Origin: an uncultured Methanosarcinaceae archaeon
GTDB taxonomy: Archaea > Halobacteriota > Methanosarcinia > Methanosarcinales > Methanosarcinaceae
DNA: 64,000 bases
Assembly: GCA_963833425.1 (NCBI GenBank)
Contig: CAWHXP010000008.1
Coordinates: forward strand, 116,578-180,577
Direction: 5' to 3'
Positions 50,372 to 62,570 of this stretch are shown piece after piece. The first letter of the stretch is position 1. Each line of letters begins with the position of its first letter. The notes under the pieces are model-generated. The model searched no databases, was not told the origin of the DNA, and was given only the letters and a program-made list of their open reading frames with translations. The position numbers and the translations under genes are program-made.

Positions 50372-50824
50372 TCATGTACGTTCAAATAGAGCTGAGGAAT
50401 CGACATTCTTTTCATCAGTATCGATGGCAGGAAAGCAGTGATCTTTCAGAATGTCGCGTATCTTATTAGGAAGCGGCATTGATTTCTTGATCTTGAAATC
50501 GTAATAGACTAGTACTGCTTGACCTTTTGCCTTGAGTTCGCCTTCTTGCCAGGCTTCGTGCCCAACAGTAAAGGAACTGGTCCCTATCTTCACGATAAAA
50601 GTCCTAATTTCCACGTCAGACCTATAATACATCTGACGAAGAAAATCAAACTCAGTCCTGACGAGGATCAGATGCCATACATCAGGACTAAGATCAAGAG
50701 CCGGTGAAAATATACGGAATAAAGGGTTTCTCCCTGTTTCAAACCATATTGGGAGGACAGTATTATTTATATGCCCAAGCCCGTCCATGTCCCCAAATCG
50801 CGGACTAACAATTGTACTGAACAT
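50372..50824 (-). CDS. Acyl-CoA thioesterase (4HBT/YbgC-like hotdog fold)
   Basis: PRFGDMDGLGHINN..WFETGR; start set at MFSTIV. Confidence 0.9.
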   Translation of the reverse strand: MFSTIVSPRFGDMDGLGHINNTVLPIWFETGRNPLFRIFSPALDLSPDVWHLILVRTEFDFLRQMYYRSDVEIRTFIVKIGTSSFTVGHEAWQEGELKAKGQAVLVYYDFKIKKSMPLPNKIRDILKDHCFPAIDTDEKNVDSSALFERT

Positions 50825-50930
50825 TTTTGATTCCCTGTGCTTTGAAATACGATATAGTTTGATATTTTGCAACTCTATAAATTTCAGACATTTTATTTTC
50901 AGATCTTAACCTACCCTCTCCAGCTGTGAC

Positions 50931-51509
50931 TTACAAAGGAGTATAAACCACAGCCATAATTTTTGCACCCTCTTCTCCTGCTGCATGTACATCATGCGGA
51001 ACAATTGAGTCATAGTAAATGCTGTCTCCTGAGTTTAGCCTTTGAACATCTTTCCCATAGAAGATTTCGATTTCCCCTGAAAGGACATAGATGAATTCCT
51101 CTCCTTCATGAGAAGAGAGTTTGTGGCTTTCCTTGAGAGAAGGATGTATATCGATGATAAAAGGCTCCATGTGACGATCTGCTTTGTCTGATGCAAGCGA
51201 ATAAAACTCAAGAGAACTTTTCGTTGGGAATTCTGCCTTGCCAAAAAAGCGTACCACATTTCTAAGTAGCCCTGCCCTAACAATTACAGGTCCACCCAGA
51301 GGTATATCATCCAAAAAAGTACCTAACCGGACACCTAGAGCTCTGGCAATCTTCAGAAGAGGTGTTAAAGATGGAGCCAGGGATCCGTTTTCTAGCTGCT
51401 TAACCAATTCCACACTGCTTTGACTGGCTTCAGCTAGTTCTTCCAAGCTCATCTCTTGGACTTCTCTAAGCTTCCGTATCTTATTGCCAACATGGTTCTC
51501 TTTGGACAT
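50931..51509 (-). CDS. XRE-family HTH plus cupin transcriptional regulator
   Basis: GNKIRKLRE...SLEELA...[30 protein letters not shown]. Confidence 0.92.
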   Translation of the reverse strand: MSKENHVGNKIRKLREVQEMSLEELAEASQSSVELVKQLENGSLAPSLTPLLKIARALGVRLGTFLDDIPLGGPVIVRAGLLRNVVRFFGKAEFPTKSSLEFYSLASDKADRHMEPFIIDIHPSLKESHKLSSHEGEEFIYVLSGEIEIFYGKDVQRLNSGDSIYYDSIVPHDVHAAGEEGAKIMAVVYTPL

Positions 51510-51722
51510 TATTATGATCCTCATACCTGATTCTAAGTAGCTGACCCTTAAGAAAAGTATAATATAAAGTCCCTTACTAGCCTTACATGTTTATTTCTTT
51601 TGCTCCTCTCTCTTATAAAAAAGATACGTAAAAATTAGTTGAAAAAATAATTGAAAAATAAGAAATTAAGCTTTCATAGAGCTGAAAAGAGAGACTGATA
51701 AATTGTCTTTGGTATCTAGACT

Positions 51723-52820
51723 TCAATCAAACTCGAAGTTGCACTTGATCCCTTCGATATCAAAGCAGAGATTACAAGACACACACCTTGCTTTTGTAGC
51801 TTTTCCGGATCTAAGTTTCAAAACAAGATCAGGTTCGCAGATAAATGACCTACTCATGGAGATCATATCAGCAAATCCGTTTTCGAGAAGATGTTCCATA
51901 ATAGAAAGGGACCTAATGCCACCTACAAGAATTACAGGTATATCCAGAGCCTTTTTTATTGCTTTAGAATATTCTCTAAAATATGCTTCTTTGGTCGGAG
52001 AGTTAATAGCTAACTTTATGGTTACCCCACTTGTCTTACATATCCCTCCGCTTACCTCGATTGCACAAACTCCAGCTTTCTCCAAAATTTTTGCAGTCTC
52101 AATGGCTTGTGAAATTTCGACTCCTATCTCTTCCCTCTGGGAGTAAGGCCGAAGACCAGCTGTTGCATTCAATTTGACCAGAATTGGAAAATCAGCTCCA
52201 ACTTGCTTTTTTATGCGTCTGACAATCTCAGTAACTATTCTTGTTCTGTTTTCCACTGAACCCCCCCAGCGATCAGTCCTTCTGTTTGTATATGCGGAGA
52301 TAAAATCACTTAGAAGAAAACCATGGGCGCAGTGGAGCTGTATACCGTCAAAGCCTGATTTTTTTGCCCTGGAAGCTGCTCTTGTGAAGGCTTCGATTAC
52401 TTCCAGAATTTCCTGTTCGGTCATTCCCCTCGGCGTAACTGCGGAGTGTATACCTTTTATTTCGGAAGGAGCTATTGGAACCGAGTATTCTTCAGAAGTG
52501 GTTGCTTGCCTCCCTGCATGCACTATTTGGAGTATTATCTTACTCCTGTACATATGCACTATTTCAGTTATCTTCTGGTAGGCTTCAATAAAGCGATCTT
52601 CATAGATTCCCTGCTGGAAAATATCACTCTGGCCTCCAAGAAGAACATAAGAATAGCCAGTTATAATTAACTTGACTTCATTTTTTGCAAGTGCCTCGTA
52701 AAGATCTCCTAGCCTTGGAGTAGGCTTTCCATCCTTTTCAGCCATGAATTCGTGTGTTGCAGATCTCACAAATCTATTCTGGATATCCATGTTACAGATT
52801 GTGATAGGATCAAAAATCAT
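51723..52820 (-). CDS. NADH:flavin oxidoreductase (OYE family)
   Basis: NRFVRSAT, QIVHAG, GFDGIQLHCAHGFLL, NRRTDRWGGSVENR, C-terminal CVSCNLC. Confidence 0.92.
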   Translation of the reverse strand: MIFDPITICNMDIQNRFVRSATHEFMAEKDGKPTPRLGDLYEALAKNEVKLIITGYSYVLLGGQSDIFQQGIYEDRFIEAYQKITEIVHMYRSKIILQIVHAGRQATTSEEYSVPIAPSEIKGIHSAVTPRGMTEQEILEVIEAFTRAASRAKKSGFDGIQLHCAHGFLLSDFISAYTNRRTDRWGGSVENRTRIVTEIVRRIKKQVGADFPILVKLNATAGLRPYSQREEIGVEISQAIETAKILEKAGVCAIEVSGGICKTSGVTIKLAINSPTKEAYFREYSKAIKKALDIPVILVGGIRSLSIMEHLLENGFADMISMSRSFICEPDLVLKLRSGKATKARCVSCNLCFDIEGIKCNFEFD

Positions 52821-53063
52821 GGCAAAAGTAGGGTAAATGAGGGTAAATAATTATCCTTGATCCCTAGAAAAAAAAAATTGCGCTCGAAATAATGTTTCTC
52901 TCAGCTTTGACAGGATAGGGGAAGAAAATCTGATCGCGAAATTTCAATTTTTAACTCGATAGGACTCTTAGTATAGTTATAAGCATTAATATATAGTTTT
53001 TCTGAAAAAGATTTATTAATAATTTTAAGTTAGAATTTATTTCAGTTTAATATCATAAAATGC

Positions 53064-53181
53064 AGGACTTAAACTGAAATGACAAAAAGACTTGCATAAC
53101 ATCTTCAGATTCACTCTTAGAACAGTAGTGATAGGAACCTGTTTTCCTTTGAATAGTTTTTCAGTTACTACATAAAGTCGT
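53064..53181. mobile_element. MITE-like element, GGACTTACGC-end family (degenerate)
   Basis: AGGACTTA ... TAAAGTCGT ends; similar length (~118 bp) to the other copies. Confidence 0.4.
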
Positions 53182-53557
53182 TACCTAGGAACCTTTTTTG
53201 AGCTAATCTTATTTATCCTCGATATTATCTTTTATTCCCAGATATGTATTTTTACTGATTTTCTCAATATTGATTCATAACCTTATGATTTTGCTGCAAA
53301 GTATACTCTACATCTGTAAAACAACGTCATTCCTTATCCGATAAATTTACATGAGAATCATGAGGTTAGCAATGGTTGTTTTGAAACTTCGTATCAGCTT
53401 ATAATTCGGTCTGTTATTCTATGAAGTTTATATTCAAAGTTTGACTAATCCCCCTCTTTTACTCTAATCCTGATTTCTTAATGACTGTGTAAATATACTC
53501 CCATTTCACCATAATTTATTTATTATCTGCAGTTCCATAGTTTTATGGGTATTTACA

Positions 53558-53764
53558 ATGAAATGCGAATCTTGTGGATTAGAAAGCAATGAAAAGTATT
53601 GCAAAACCTGTGGCGACATACTAGATGAAGTTGTCAGAGCGGTAGGAGAAGAACGCTGGGCAGCAATCGATGATTGTTCATTTATTTATCCACTAGTTCA
53701 GCGTGTGGCAAAAGGAGAGCTGGAAGTCCGTGATGTAATTCAAGCTATTGAAGTAGAAGACTGA
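53558..53764 (+). CDS. Small zinc-ribbon-like hypothetical protein
   Basis: CESC...CKTC; intact 68 aa. Confidence 0.75.
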   Translation: MKCESCGLESNEKYCKTCGDILDEVVRAVGEERWAAIDDCSFIYPLVQRVAKGELEVRDVIQAIEVED

Positions 53765-54076
53765 TTTCCGACTTTCCAAACCTCATGATTTGGGCTATGG
53801 TCTCAGAGAATGGCTACAAAGAATGTTTCGTGAATGTATTTTCGACAAAGTCAGCTAAAACAGATAACCAGAAGGTCAGATCTGAAATCTGCCGTCTCTC
53901 AAACTTTGGTACCTAATGGAGCTGAGTTTGAGACTGGCTTTTGAGCCTAGAATCAAGTAGCAAGATTGAACTGCAAGGATCAATTTTTGGGATTAAACTT
54001 GAGGTATTTTGGGATTGAATTTTAGGAGATACTTTATATTAAGCCCTAAAGCTATATTTCTTTAGTCTTAATATTA

Positions 54077-54170
54077 TAGAGAATTTAGATAAACCTTTGA
54101 TTTCCATATATACATTTATTTAAGCATTATAAATAAACAGCCAAAAATTAGAGTTTATCGAAATCTTCTA
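54077..54170. mobile_element. MITE with IS5-like TIRs
   Basis: TAGAGAATTTAGATAAAC ... GTTTATCGAAATCTTCTA, 94 bp. Confidence 0.65.
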
Positions 54171-54340
54171 TAGTTCTGAGCAGTTTCCAGCCATCTAAGG
54201 TATGATAATCCATAACAGAAAGACGTATTAGTTTGGATAATCTTAATTGCGGAATGCTCTTAATTTCTGTAGGTATTCAGTATGAGAAGAAAATAATTAA
54301 AATTAGAGGAACTCCTGATACTGCAAAAGAGGATGAAAAT

Positions 54341-54787
54341 ATGGACATCCAGAACATAAAAGTTTTTAGCAGCGCATTCGAATCCAACCATACTATCCCG
54401 AGAAAGTACACTTGCAACGCGGAGAATATAAATCCACCTCTGAAATTCAGAGGTATTCCTGAAAAAGCTGAAAGTTTAGTGCTTATAATGGACGATCCGG
54501 ATGCTCCCATGAAGATATTTACCCACTGGATTGTCTGGAATATAGTACCTATTGCAAAAATAGATGAAGATAGTATCCCAGGGGTTGAGGGAATAAATGA
54601 TTTCAGGAAAATAGGGTATGGAGGTCCCTGCCCCCCTTCAGGCACCCACAGGTATTTCTTCAGAGTGTATGCTCTGGATAAGCAACTTGGACTAAAAGCA
54701 GGAACAAGCAGAAAAGAGCTTGAAAGCGAGATGATAGGCCACATCATAGCAGAAGGGGAACTTATGGGAAAATACAGTAAAACTTGA
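54341..54787 (+). CDS. YbhB/YbcL (PEBP) protein, paralogue without signal peptide
   Basis: Near-identical to 27430-27876; GAGGA RBS before ATG 54341. Confidence 0.92.
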   Translation: MDIQNIKVFSSAFESNHTIPRKYTCNAENINPPLKFRGIPEKAESLVLIMDDPDAPMKIFTHWIVWNIVPIAKIDEDSIPGVEGINDFRKIGYGGPCPPSGTHRYFFRVYALDKQLGLKAGTSRKELESEMIGHIIAEGELMGKYSKT

Positions 54788-55609
54788 GTGTTTAAAAGTT
54801 GCGATAGCAACAGAGAAAATATCTGATGAAAAAACATATGAAAATGGCGAAGATTTTTTTAAAAATTCTGGCAAATGCATAGAAACAGCAACTTTGATGC
54901 AAAATCTTCCGGTTTTGAAGATGTTTTCTGTTAGGTTACTGGTGTTGTTGCAACTTTTATTGTCTTAGCATAGGATATTTAGAACGACCTATTTCTCCTA
55001 GGTATGCACCTTAATGCAGAGCACTCGGGGACTCATATGCTATTTTTAACCAGAGGTCGTCTACTACTCATAAGGTAATGAATACTGTTTTTAGGGCTAT
55101 AATAATGGCTTTACCTCGTAATGGGCATGTTTGAAACCCTCACAACCACTCGGAAATCTGGATATGCTAATGGTTTATGACACGAATTATCAATGAAAAG
55201 ATAAAAACTGTAACTAAATGTAAATGAAAGTTATAATGCTTATGCGATCCTATGCTGGATTGTACAACCCATTTTATAATGAAGCGATGAATTAGTGCTT
55301 AAAAAAAACAAATTGAGGTGAGAAGGTTAACGTCATAACTTGCCTTAAGTCCGATGTATTCTTAACCCTCCGTATCCCGTGATCAATAATAAATATCTAA
55401 ACACAAAATAAACTTATGCATTATGACATTTAAATCACAAAAGACGCACGAATAAACTATAAAGGTGGGTGTTCATGCCCACTATTCTTCCAACTTACCG
55501 GTTCTTTCTAAAAAACTTTCGTTATTCTTCTCGTATGCAAATTTCCGATAATTTCAGAAAAATAGATCTTTGATTTTTTTTAGACTAGTACTTTTTAACT
55601 AATCTTTAA

Positions 55610-55798
55610 TCAATCAGTAAAAATATCCTCAAAATAATCTTCTTCGGCTTCAATAATTACCTTTATCTTAAAGCTTTTCCCGTTGAATTCCAATTTTCTA
55701 ATTACTCTTTCGGCACAATTTATGAATTCAGATTCTTTTGAGAATTGTTCTATAAGATCCTCAATTTCAAGGATTTCGTTTGCTGTAAGTTTGATCAT
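55610..55798 (-). CDS. Small acidic hypothetical protein
   Basis: GGAGGG RBS before ATG 55798; MIKLTANEILEIEDLIEQF... Confidence 0.6.
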   Translation of the reverse strand: MIKLTANEILEIEDLIEQFSKESEFINCAERVIRKLEFNGKSFKIKVIIEAEEDYFEDIFTD

Positions 55799-56791
55799 CT
55801 GCCCCTCCAAAGATTTAATTCAGTTTCAACGAATTCTACACATAATTCCCTTATCCAATTCTAACTTTTTATCTGACTAAATTTGTTTTGTATTATTTGT
55901 TATAATCCTTTTGCTTTTTAAATAATTAAAGGTTTAATGTTATTAATCTTTCATTTTAACTGCTCATCCTCAATAAAAAGCCTTTTTTTATAGATCCAAT
56001 TTTCTCTCATTTCTTGAATTAGTCCTCTGACAGTGGCTATGTTATCATGTCCTCTATGATTATATTATTATTATCTACGTTGCCCGTTGTACACATACTT
56101 ACTTTCGGATCGAGTTTGAATAGCAAATTTATCTATGGAAGAGAGTCCGATTATTTATTTTGGTATGCTAGAATTAGATTGTTTATAGCAGATAATTCAG
56201 GTCAAAAAAAATCGAGTCTCTATCCCTACATTGAAAATAATTGCATTAGTATTATCGAAAATTTCTGTGTTATTAAAAAGATCAGCTCTTTTCATGCCTG
56301 TCCACTTTAATTTAAAGGCCCAACTCTGCCTACAATTTAACCCCTCAATCCTTGAAGTCGCTGGCAATTCAATTATCTCTGGATAAGTAAAGCTATGGAA
56401 TTCTTTACAAGACACTCAATCAGATGTTTATCGAAAATCCCTTTACTTGTGATTTACACTCTAAGATACGATCAAAATTATGATATATAGTGAAATTAGA
56501 TTCTTTGTTTTTGTAGGTTAGGTTTTATGCTACTGATTTCGGAGTTCACCTGCTTGAGATCCAATTGAACATCAGATATATGTAATTTCAAAATAGGCTC
56601 AACAGATAAACTCGCAGAACCAATAGTTACAATCTAAGCATAAAACTTGTTAATCAGAACTTTCCGATGTAAAAATCTTAAATCAGCCCATAATGTATGA
56701 GCTATTTAAGATTTTTTAAGATTGTAAAGATTAATTTATTGTCAAGGACATATTTATTACGATTCTTCCATACTTGAAGGATTAATTATGA

Positions 56792-56932
56792 TTGAACCCA
56801 AATGAGGAGAACGATTCTAATTCAGAAACATTGAAAAAGCAGATCATCGATCTTTTCTGGTTGTCTGTTTTTTCCCTTGTGTTTGGGATAATGATATTCG
56901 GAAAGGTATTTGGTCTATTTAAAGGGAACTAA
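56792..56932 (+). CDS. Possible single-pass membrane miniprotein (46 aa)
   Basis: TTG start; IIDLFWLSVFSLVFGIMIFGKVFGLF hydrophobic helix. Confidence 0.35.
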   Translation: MNPNEENDSNSETLKKQIIDLFWLSVFSLVFGIMIFGKVFGLFKGN

Positions 56933-59796
56933 ATCGGGAACTTGCTAGATTCCAGACTCTCTGTAATCGGACAAGAGAATTTTCGTCTAATCCTTTTAGT
57001 AACTGAACTATAACTACTACTTATGCATCTCTTATCCAGAAGTACACAACAGGATGGGATCTCATGAAGAATACCCATGAAGTGGGAAGGTTTTCCAAAG
57101 AGAATATCGACAGGCAAAACTTTCTCAGTACGCCTACATGCTGAAAAAAATATGAAAATCAACGAAAAGATGTGATGTGAAGACCAAATAGGATGTCTAA
57201 ACAGCTGTTCATGACCATGGCTTGCATCAGTATTATTCACGTCCCTCTTTTAATTTGGATTAGTTACTGTATGAGAAGTCACTGATCTGCCACCAGAGTT
57301 TTTTTACACCCTGTGGCAAAAAACTGCTGACTTCAAGCTTATGGCCCTTTTTAGCATTGGATTTACTGGTACCACATCTCCTCCCTTTGTGTTACCCAGT
57401 TTATTAGAAGTGATTAAATATTGGGGAGTTCTGAGCAGATCACATGTACGTGGATATCTAGGAAATGGACTATAACCGGCTCAAGGCTTCTGGTTAAATG
57501 ACACAAACTCGGATTAATCTATAGCGAAATTATTCTAAAAATGGCTGAAGATTAATAAGCACATGATATTGGTTTTGCCAAATATCTGTCATCTCCTTTT
57601 GACAGAAACGGATGTTAACTTTGTTACTAAAATCTACTTCATGGTTTTCTGGTCCTGCCACTGCAATTTATTTTTTTGCTTAAGGTCTGCATCTGAGTAT
57701 ACGCTCAGAAACTTTGGTGATCATACAATACGATATTTGGATGAGCAATTTTGAATTTGCGGATCAGCATAAGAGCATCGAACTTTAAGAAATAATAACA
57801 AATACATATAATATTTTCCAAACTTATCTGTCCAAATAAACTTCTTGATGCAGGTAAAACTTGCTTAGTTGGACCGAATAATCAACTGTAACGATCCTTA
57901 CACTGCCATAAATATCAGATAAAAAATAACTTGTATCGGAGTCCTTTAAAATCCGTGTGTGAACTGAAGATTCATAATACTCATTTTTCTAATGATAATA
58001 ATCTATACTAATTTTTATATTTAGTATCTAAGTGTGATTATAGTTTTTTTTTCATTTGACAAAGTATATTTGCTCATGAGTATGTTATTAGTTGCATTTT
58101 TTTCCATACTATTTATTTTAATATTTGGAAAAGATTACTATATCGTTAAATCGAAAATTGCGATAAATAATTTTATTAAGTGCAGAATCATAGTTTTGGT
58201 GTCGTAACTCGTAGAGATAACTGAGGATATTAGCCCCAATTAGCCTTATATTAAGAAATTAGTTAAAATCAAATATTTTAGTTTGGTTGATACTTCCCTT
58301 TCTTCCGAATTCCTGATTTTTCAACATAGTTTAAAGTAAATAGGTAGTTCTACCATAATCCAAAAATCTAATGTAACTCCCATCACTCCATAGTTCATCA
58401 CTCAACAAATGTTTTTTAATTGACAGTAATTTTTGAAAGATTTTTCTTTCTGTAACAATTTATTCTCAGCGTAATTCCGAAGAAATAAATTTCCCGCAGT
58501 AAAACTGGAAAGTGCACATAATTATCTTCAGTACTTTATTGTATCTAATTCAAAGCAGCATCCCTCATTAATTTCAAAATATGAATATTTCAAATCGTAG
58601 ATAATATCTTGGTCTTAAAGAATTTGGTTACGATACTTCAAAAAATAACAATTCAATAACTTATTTACAGACACACTGGTCCAAATTAAGTAGTTTCATG
58701 TTATGGTTCAAAGGGATAGCTAAAAATATAAATTAGTTAGTTAAAAATTGTTATCTTGTAAGTTTCAATCGCTTTTCAATCTGAGCATATTTTAAAAGAA
58801 TAGCATCTAACTTTATTAGTGAAAAAACAGATGTTCATTGAAATCCTCTGAACTTTGTAATTGCAACTAAAGCCAATAAAAAATTAAGGGAATTTTTAAA
58901 AGTCGCCCGAAAAATGATATAAATACTTCTAATGTCTTTGAATATGAGTTCGAGGGCGAAGGACAAATTTCCTAAATTGTGTCAATATTAGATCAAGAAA
59001 AAAATATACCTTGCGTAGGAACTATCTAAACAATTATAATTAGTTATTAGATCTCTAATTTGATTTTAATAATATATTTGATTACCAATTGATGAAAAAT
59101 AGAAAACATGATCAAACCCTATAATCAAATAAAATCAGCTCACCCAGATTTGCTCAGTGAGTCTTAGTACATAGGAGTATTGGTATTTTTGTCCTCAGCC
59201 TTGAATAATTACATTGAATATTAAGTAACAAAAAGTTTTAAGATACGAGCATTTTACAAATAACCAGTTGCAAAGGCACTATTTTTTGTAACACAATATC
59301 TAGTGCAAGATATTTTTAATATATTAACATTAGTTCTTGTTGTTGCAGCATGTAGATTGAAATCAGTAATCATTAATATATTCCAAAATATTAAGCTTAC
59401 GGAATCAAGGCATTATGCAATATTCCGCTAAAATTACTCCTTAAATATTCAATAAAATTTGATTGAGAAAGAAATCCCGAGCTTCGAAACCGAATAATAA
59501 ATAGATAAGTTCGAATATATACTCAAGAAAAAAAAACTATAAAATAGTTTCGTGGACGATATACATAATTTCGACTCCAGAACTCTAGAATATTTACTTT
59601 TTTGGAACCAATTACAAAAAATAAACTCAGATACTATATATTAAGTTTTCTCTTACAAACTATTGAAAAAAATTGTTAAATAATTATAGTCATTCAAAAA
59701 TATAGCAAATTGGAATTACTGAGATTGCCTTATAGACGTGAGTTGTGGCCACACATCGAATCCGTTCTACGAAAATAATTCTTAACTCTGATTTCA

Positions 59797-60057
59797 TTAC
59801 TTGTAAAGTACCACGATCCTTCCACGAACCTCTATCAGTGTTGATCTTGTGGCACATGCAATTACTTCAGCAATAGCTTTCAAGTCTTTTCTTTCTTCAG
59901 CACTCTTCAGTACCCTTACCTTCACAAGCTTTTTAGCTTTCATCTGCTTATTCAATTCTTCGATTAAAGTATCGGTTACCCCATTTTTTCCTATTTTAAG
60001 AACAGGGTCAATTTGGTTCGCTTCAGATTTCAATTGATATAATTTTTTCTTCTCCAT
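59797..60057 (-). CDS. YhbY/CRM-domain RNA-binding protein
   Basis: PVLKIGKNGVTDTLIEEL...LVKVRVL...RGRIVVLY; GAGGAAGG RBS. Confidence 0.92.
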   Translation of the reverse strand: MEKKKLYQLKSEANQIDPVLKIGKNGVTDTLIEELNKQMKAKKLVKVRVLKSAEERKDLKAIAEVIACATRSTLIEVRGRIVVLYK

Positions 60058-60399
60058 TTCCCTTCCTCGAATTGATAATGATAAAACTCTCACTGCCAAC
60101 AACGAAATACTTCTATTTCTACCAACTAAAATTTTATAACTGCTACGAAGAATCCATTTCCTTCTGTAAACACTTTACAATTGAACCGTATTTTACCTCT
60201 ATCTCATTTGCACCTTTATTCAAACTTACTGCGACAATGTGGATGAATAAAGTTGATTTCTCGTTCTTCTCTTCAGCTTCTATATCAATGTTTCCTAATA
60301 AACTTAGAGGCAATCAGTAAATACTCTTTTCAAAATACATCCAAATTTTTCCGCCATCTTCTCCTAAAAATTTAGCATAAAAATACACGAGACCATCTA

Positions 60400-60800
60400 T
60401 AGCACTCGCTCTCATTTCCTCTTTTCTTATAGTTGCAATTATCCCACCAACCAATTGTACACATTTTTTAACTTAGAATATCTCAATTTCAAAAAATTCC
60501 ACTTTTGAATTTCTCCCACTTTGATATCCATCTCGTCTTTGTATATTCTAACCATTTATAACTATGTGCCGTATAGTTGTGACAATTTCATTTGACAGAG
60601 CAATAGTTACCTTTGCATATATACTTGACTTCTTCTTTCGGTTAAAATACTTTTTAAACTTTCCATTTTTCTTCCTGCTGAATTAGCTATCTGCATGTGA
60701 GTCCACATTACTACCAAGGATACTCTTTTTATAATCCCCCGTTGTTAAATTCATCGCAGATAATTATATATTTGGAAAAACTCACGCCCTGGAACAAGAT
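60400..60800 (-). mobile_element. IS110-family transposase C-terminal remnant
   Basis: Decayed KFKKYFNRKKKSSIYAKVTIALSNEIVTTIRHIV and DGYQ...IEIF..GGIIATIRK resemble the IS110 C-terminus (KA.IALARK motif), as recalled. Confidence 0.55.
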
Positions 60801-62097
60801 TATTTCATTTTGACCATATTTTTTTCTATTCTGGTTCATTATTCTCTAATTTTAAAGAAGCTTCAACTATTCTCAAAATATTTTTTTGTTTCAATATTAT
60901 CAACTGATAGAGATTATTAAAAAATAATGCACAAAATCTCCAGATTAACTCTTTGTTGCTTTTCTTGTTTTTGCTTCACTTTCTCGGGATTTATCCGCTT
61001 TTGTATACTTAGGATTTTGAATGGATAACAATAGAATCCTAAATCGATCCTTCTTTTATTTTCAAACAAACGCAATTAAGTTGCTATGCAACTGTCCCAA
61101 ATTTAATCTTCTTTATAATCTTTATAATCATCAATAGTTTTTTCCTAAATAACCAGACTGTTACACTGTCTTATACATACTCACGAAAACCAAGAAATAT
61201 TCTGATAGAAATTCAGTCAATATATTTTTCAAGTTCTAAGTCTGAAAGAACGTGGCATTACTGCAAAACAAGCACATCGAAAATAATGATTAATTCAGCT
61301 TCAGATCAGCTAATGAGGCTGTTTTGTTAACAATACATAGATTTAAAAGTGGTGCGAAAAGCTTCTTCCAATTAATTAAGAAATTAATTTCAGCAGTGTG
61401 CCTCCAACTGACTGGAGATGTTTGTATTCACTATTAGGTTTCTTTCCATCCCTTTTGCTGTGACTCTTGAGATTTGATTTTTTTATTGACAAATAAAATA
61501 AAAAGAAGAATGCTTACTACTGCTACGACGGTTTTGATTTAAGCGAAACTCTAAAAGAGAAATGACCTTCTAGGGAGTTCTTTAATTTTAAGATCCAAGA
61601 CCCTCAATCTGAGCAACACCTAGGGTTTGAAGCACACAAAAGAATTTCGTCATTTTTCGATAAGCAAAGCGAATCGCTTAAAGCATATTCCATCCTTTAG
61701 GTTGAGGTGGTAGAATGCAATTTGGTTATACAAATATTTGAGACAAACTAAATAAATGGAATTAAGAGGCGCAATTTTTCAATTTTTGCATTCTTAAAGA
61801 CCGTTTTTTTCTTGACAAAAAAATTATTGATCACTTGGTTTAATAACATGAAAAAATACAACTTTTAAAGTATATTGGTTAGAATTGTATGAAAAATAAA
61901 AGAAAGTTGAATACAAAAATAGCTAGCAAATGAAAATTAACTATTCGCCTACAAAAATCACTTGATAATACCTATTTTGATACAACAGAAACTTATGATT
62001 TCTTACTAATGAGAAAATAAAAGAATTATCATTAGCCTACAGTTAATGGAAATAAACCCAACAAAACCCGTTAATCAATTTTAGTAAAGGTAGCTAA

Positions 62098-62250
62098 ATA
62101 TATCGTTTTTTAGGTTGAATAATTACTTTCCTGTGAAAGCAAAAGAGTGGAAGGACACATGAAATTTGACATTACGTTTAATTATATAGATGTAGAATTC
62201 ATTTACCTGTTTAGCAACTATTATTCGTCGAAAGTTAAATTAATTTTAAG
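62098..62250 (+). repeat. Dispersed upstream module, degenerate copy H
   Basis: TTTTTTAGG...TGTGAA... then TGTTTAGCAACTATT...AAATTAATTTTAAG; partial match to copy A. Confidence 0.4.
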
Positions 62251-62370
62251 CTGCTGTCAAATTGAGAAGATGGATAGCATTCTTGTGTACATCGATGAAA
62301 AGTGGCATACATGAAGGTAAAAAACTAAGTAAAAACAATAAATAATTGTAGAAGGTTAAAGTAAAAATAT

Positions 62371-62459
62371 AGAGGACTTCGATAAATCTCTTATATTTCT
62401 AGTCCATTACGCATCCTTATAAATATATGAAGAAATTTAGGATTTTATCGAAATTCTCT
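62371..62459. mobile_element. MITE with IS5-like TIRs
   Basis: AGAGGACTTCGATAAA ... TTTATCGAAATTCTCT, 89 bp. Confidence 0.7.
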
Positions 62460-62570
62460 GTTGTTTAAAGTAAAAAGGCAAAGTAAAAAAGTGATGAAGA
62501 TAGGTTTGGATAGAAGCAAAATTACGCTTGATATGGATAAGAGTAACTAACAAAAGGGGATCTCAAGAGC

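Noticed and set aside
54277..54837. 186-aa antisense ORF (and similar shadow ORFs over serS, gpmA, the acyl-CoA synthetase and the PASTA gene)
   Set aside because: These are antisense shadows of well-supported genes.
61545..61715. Possible IS605/TnpB right-end (omegaRNA) remnant, CCTTTAGGTTGAGGTGGTAG
   Set aside because: Only a short motif resemblance, with no tnpB coding remnant seen.
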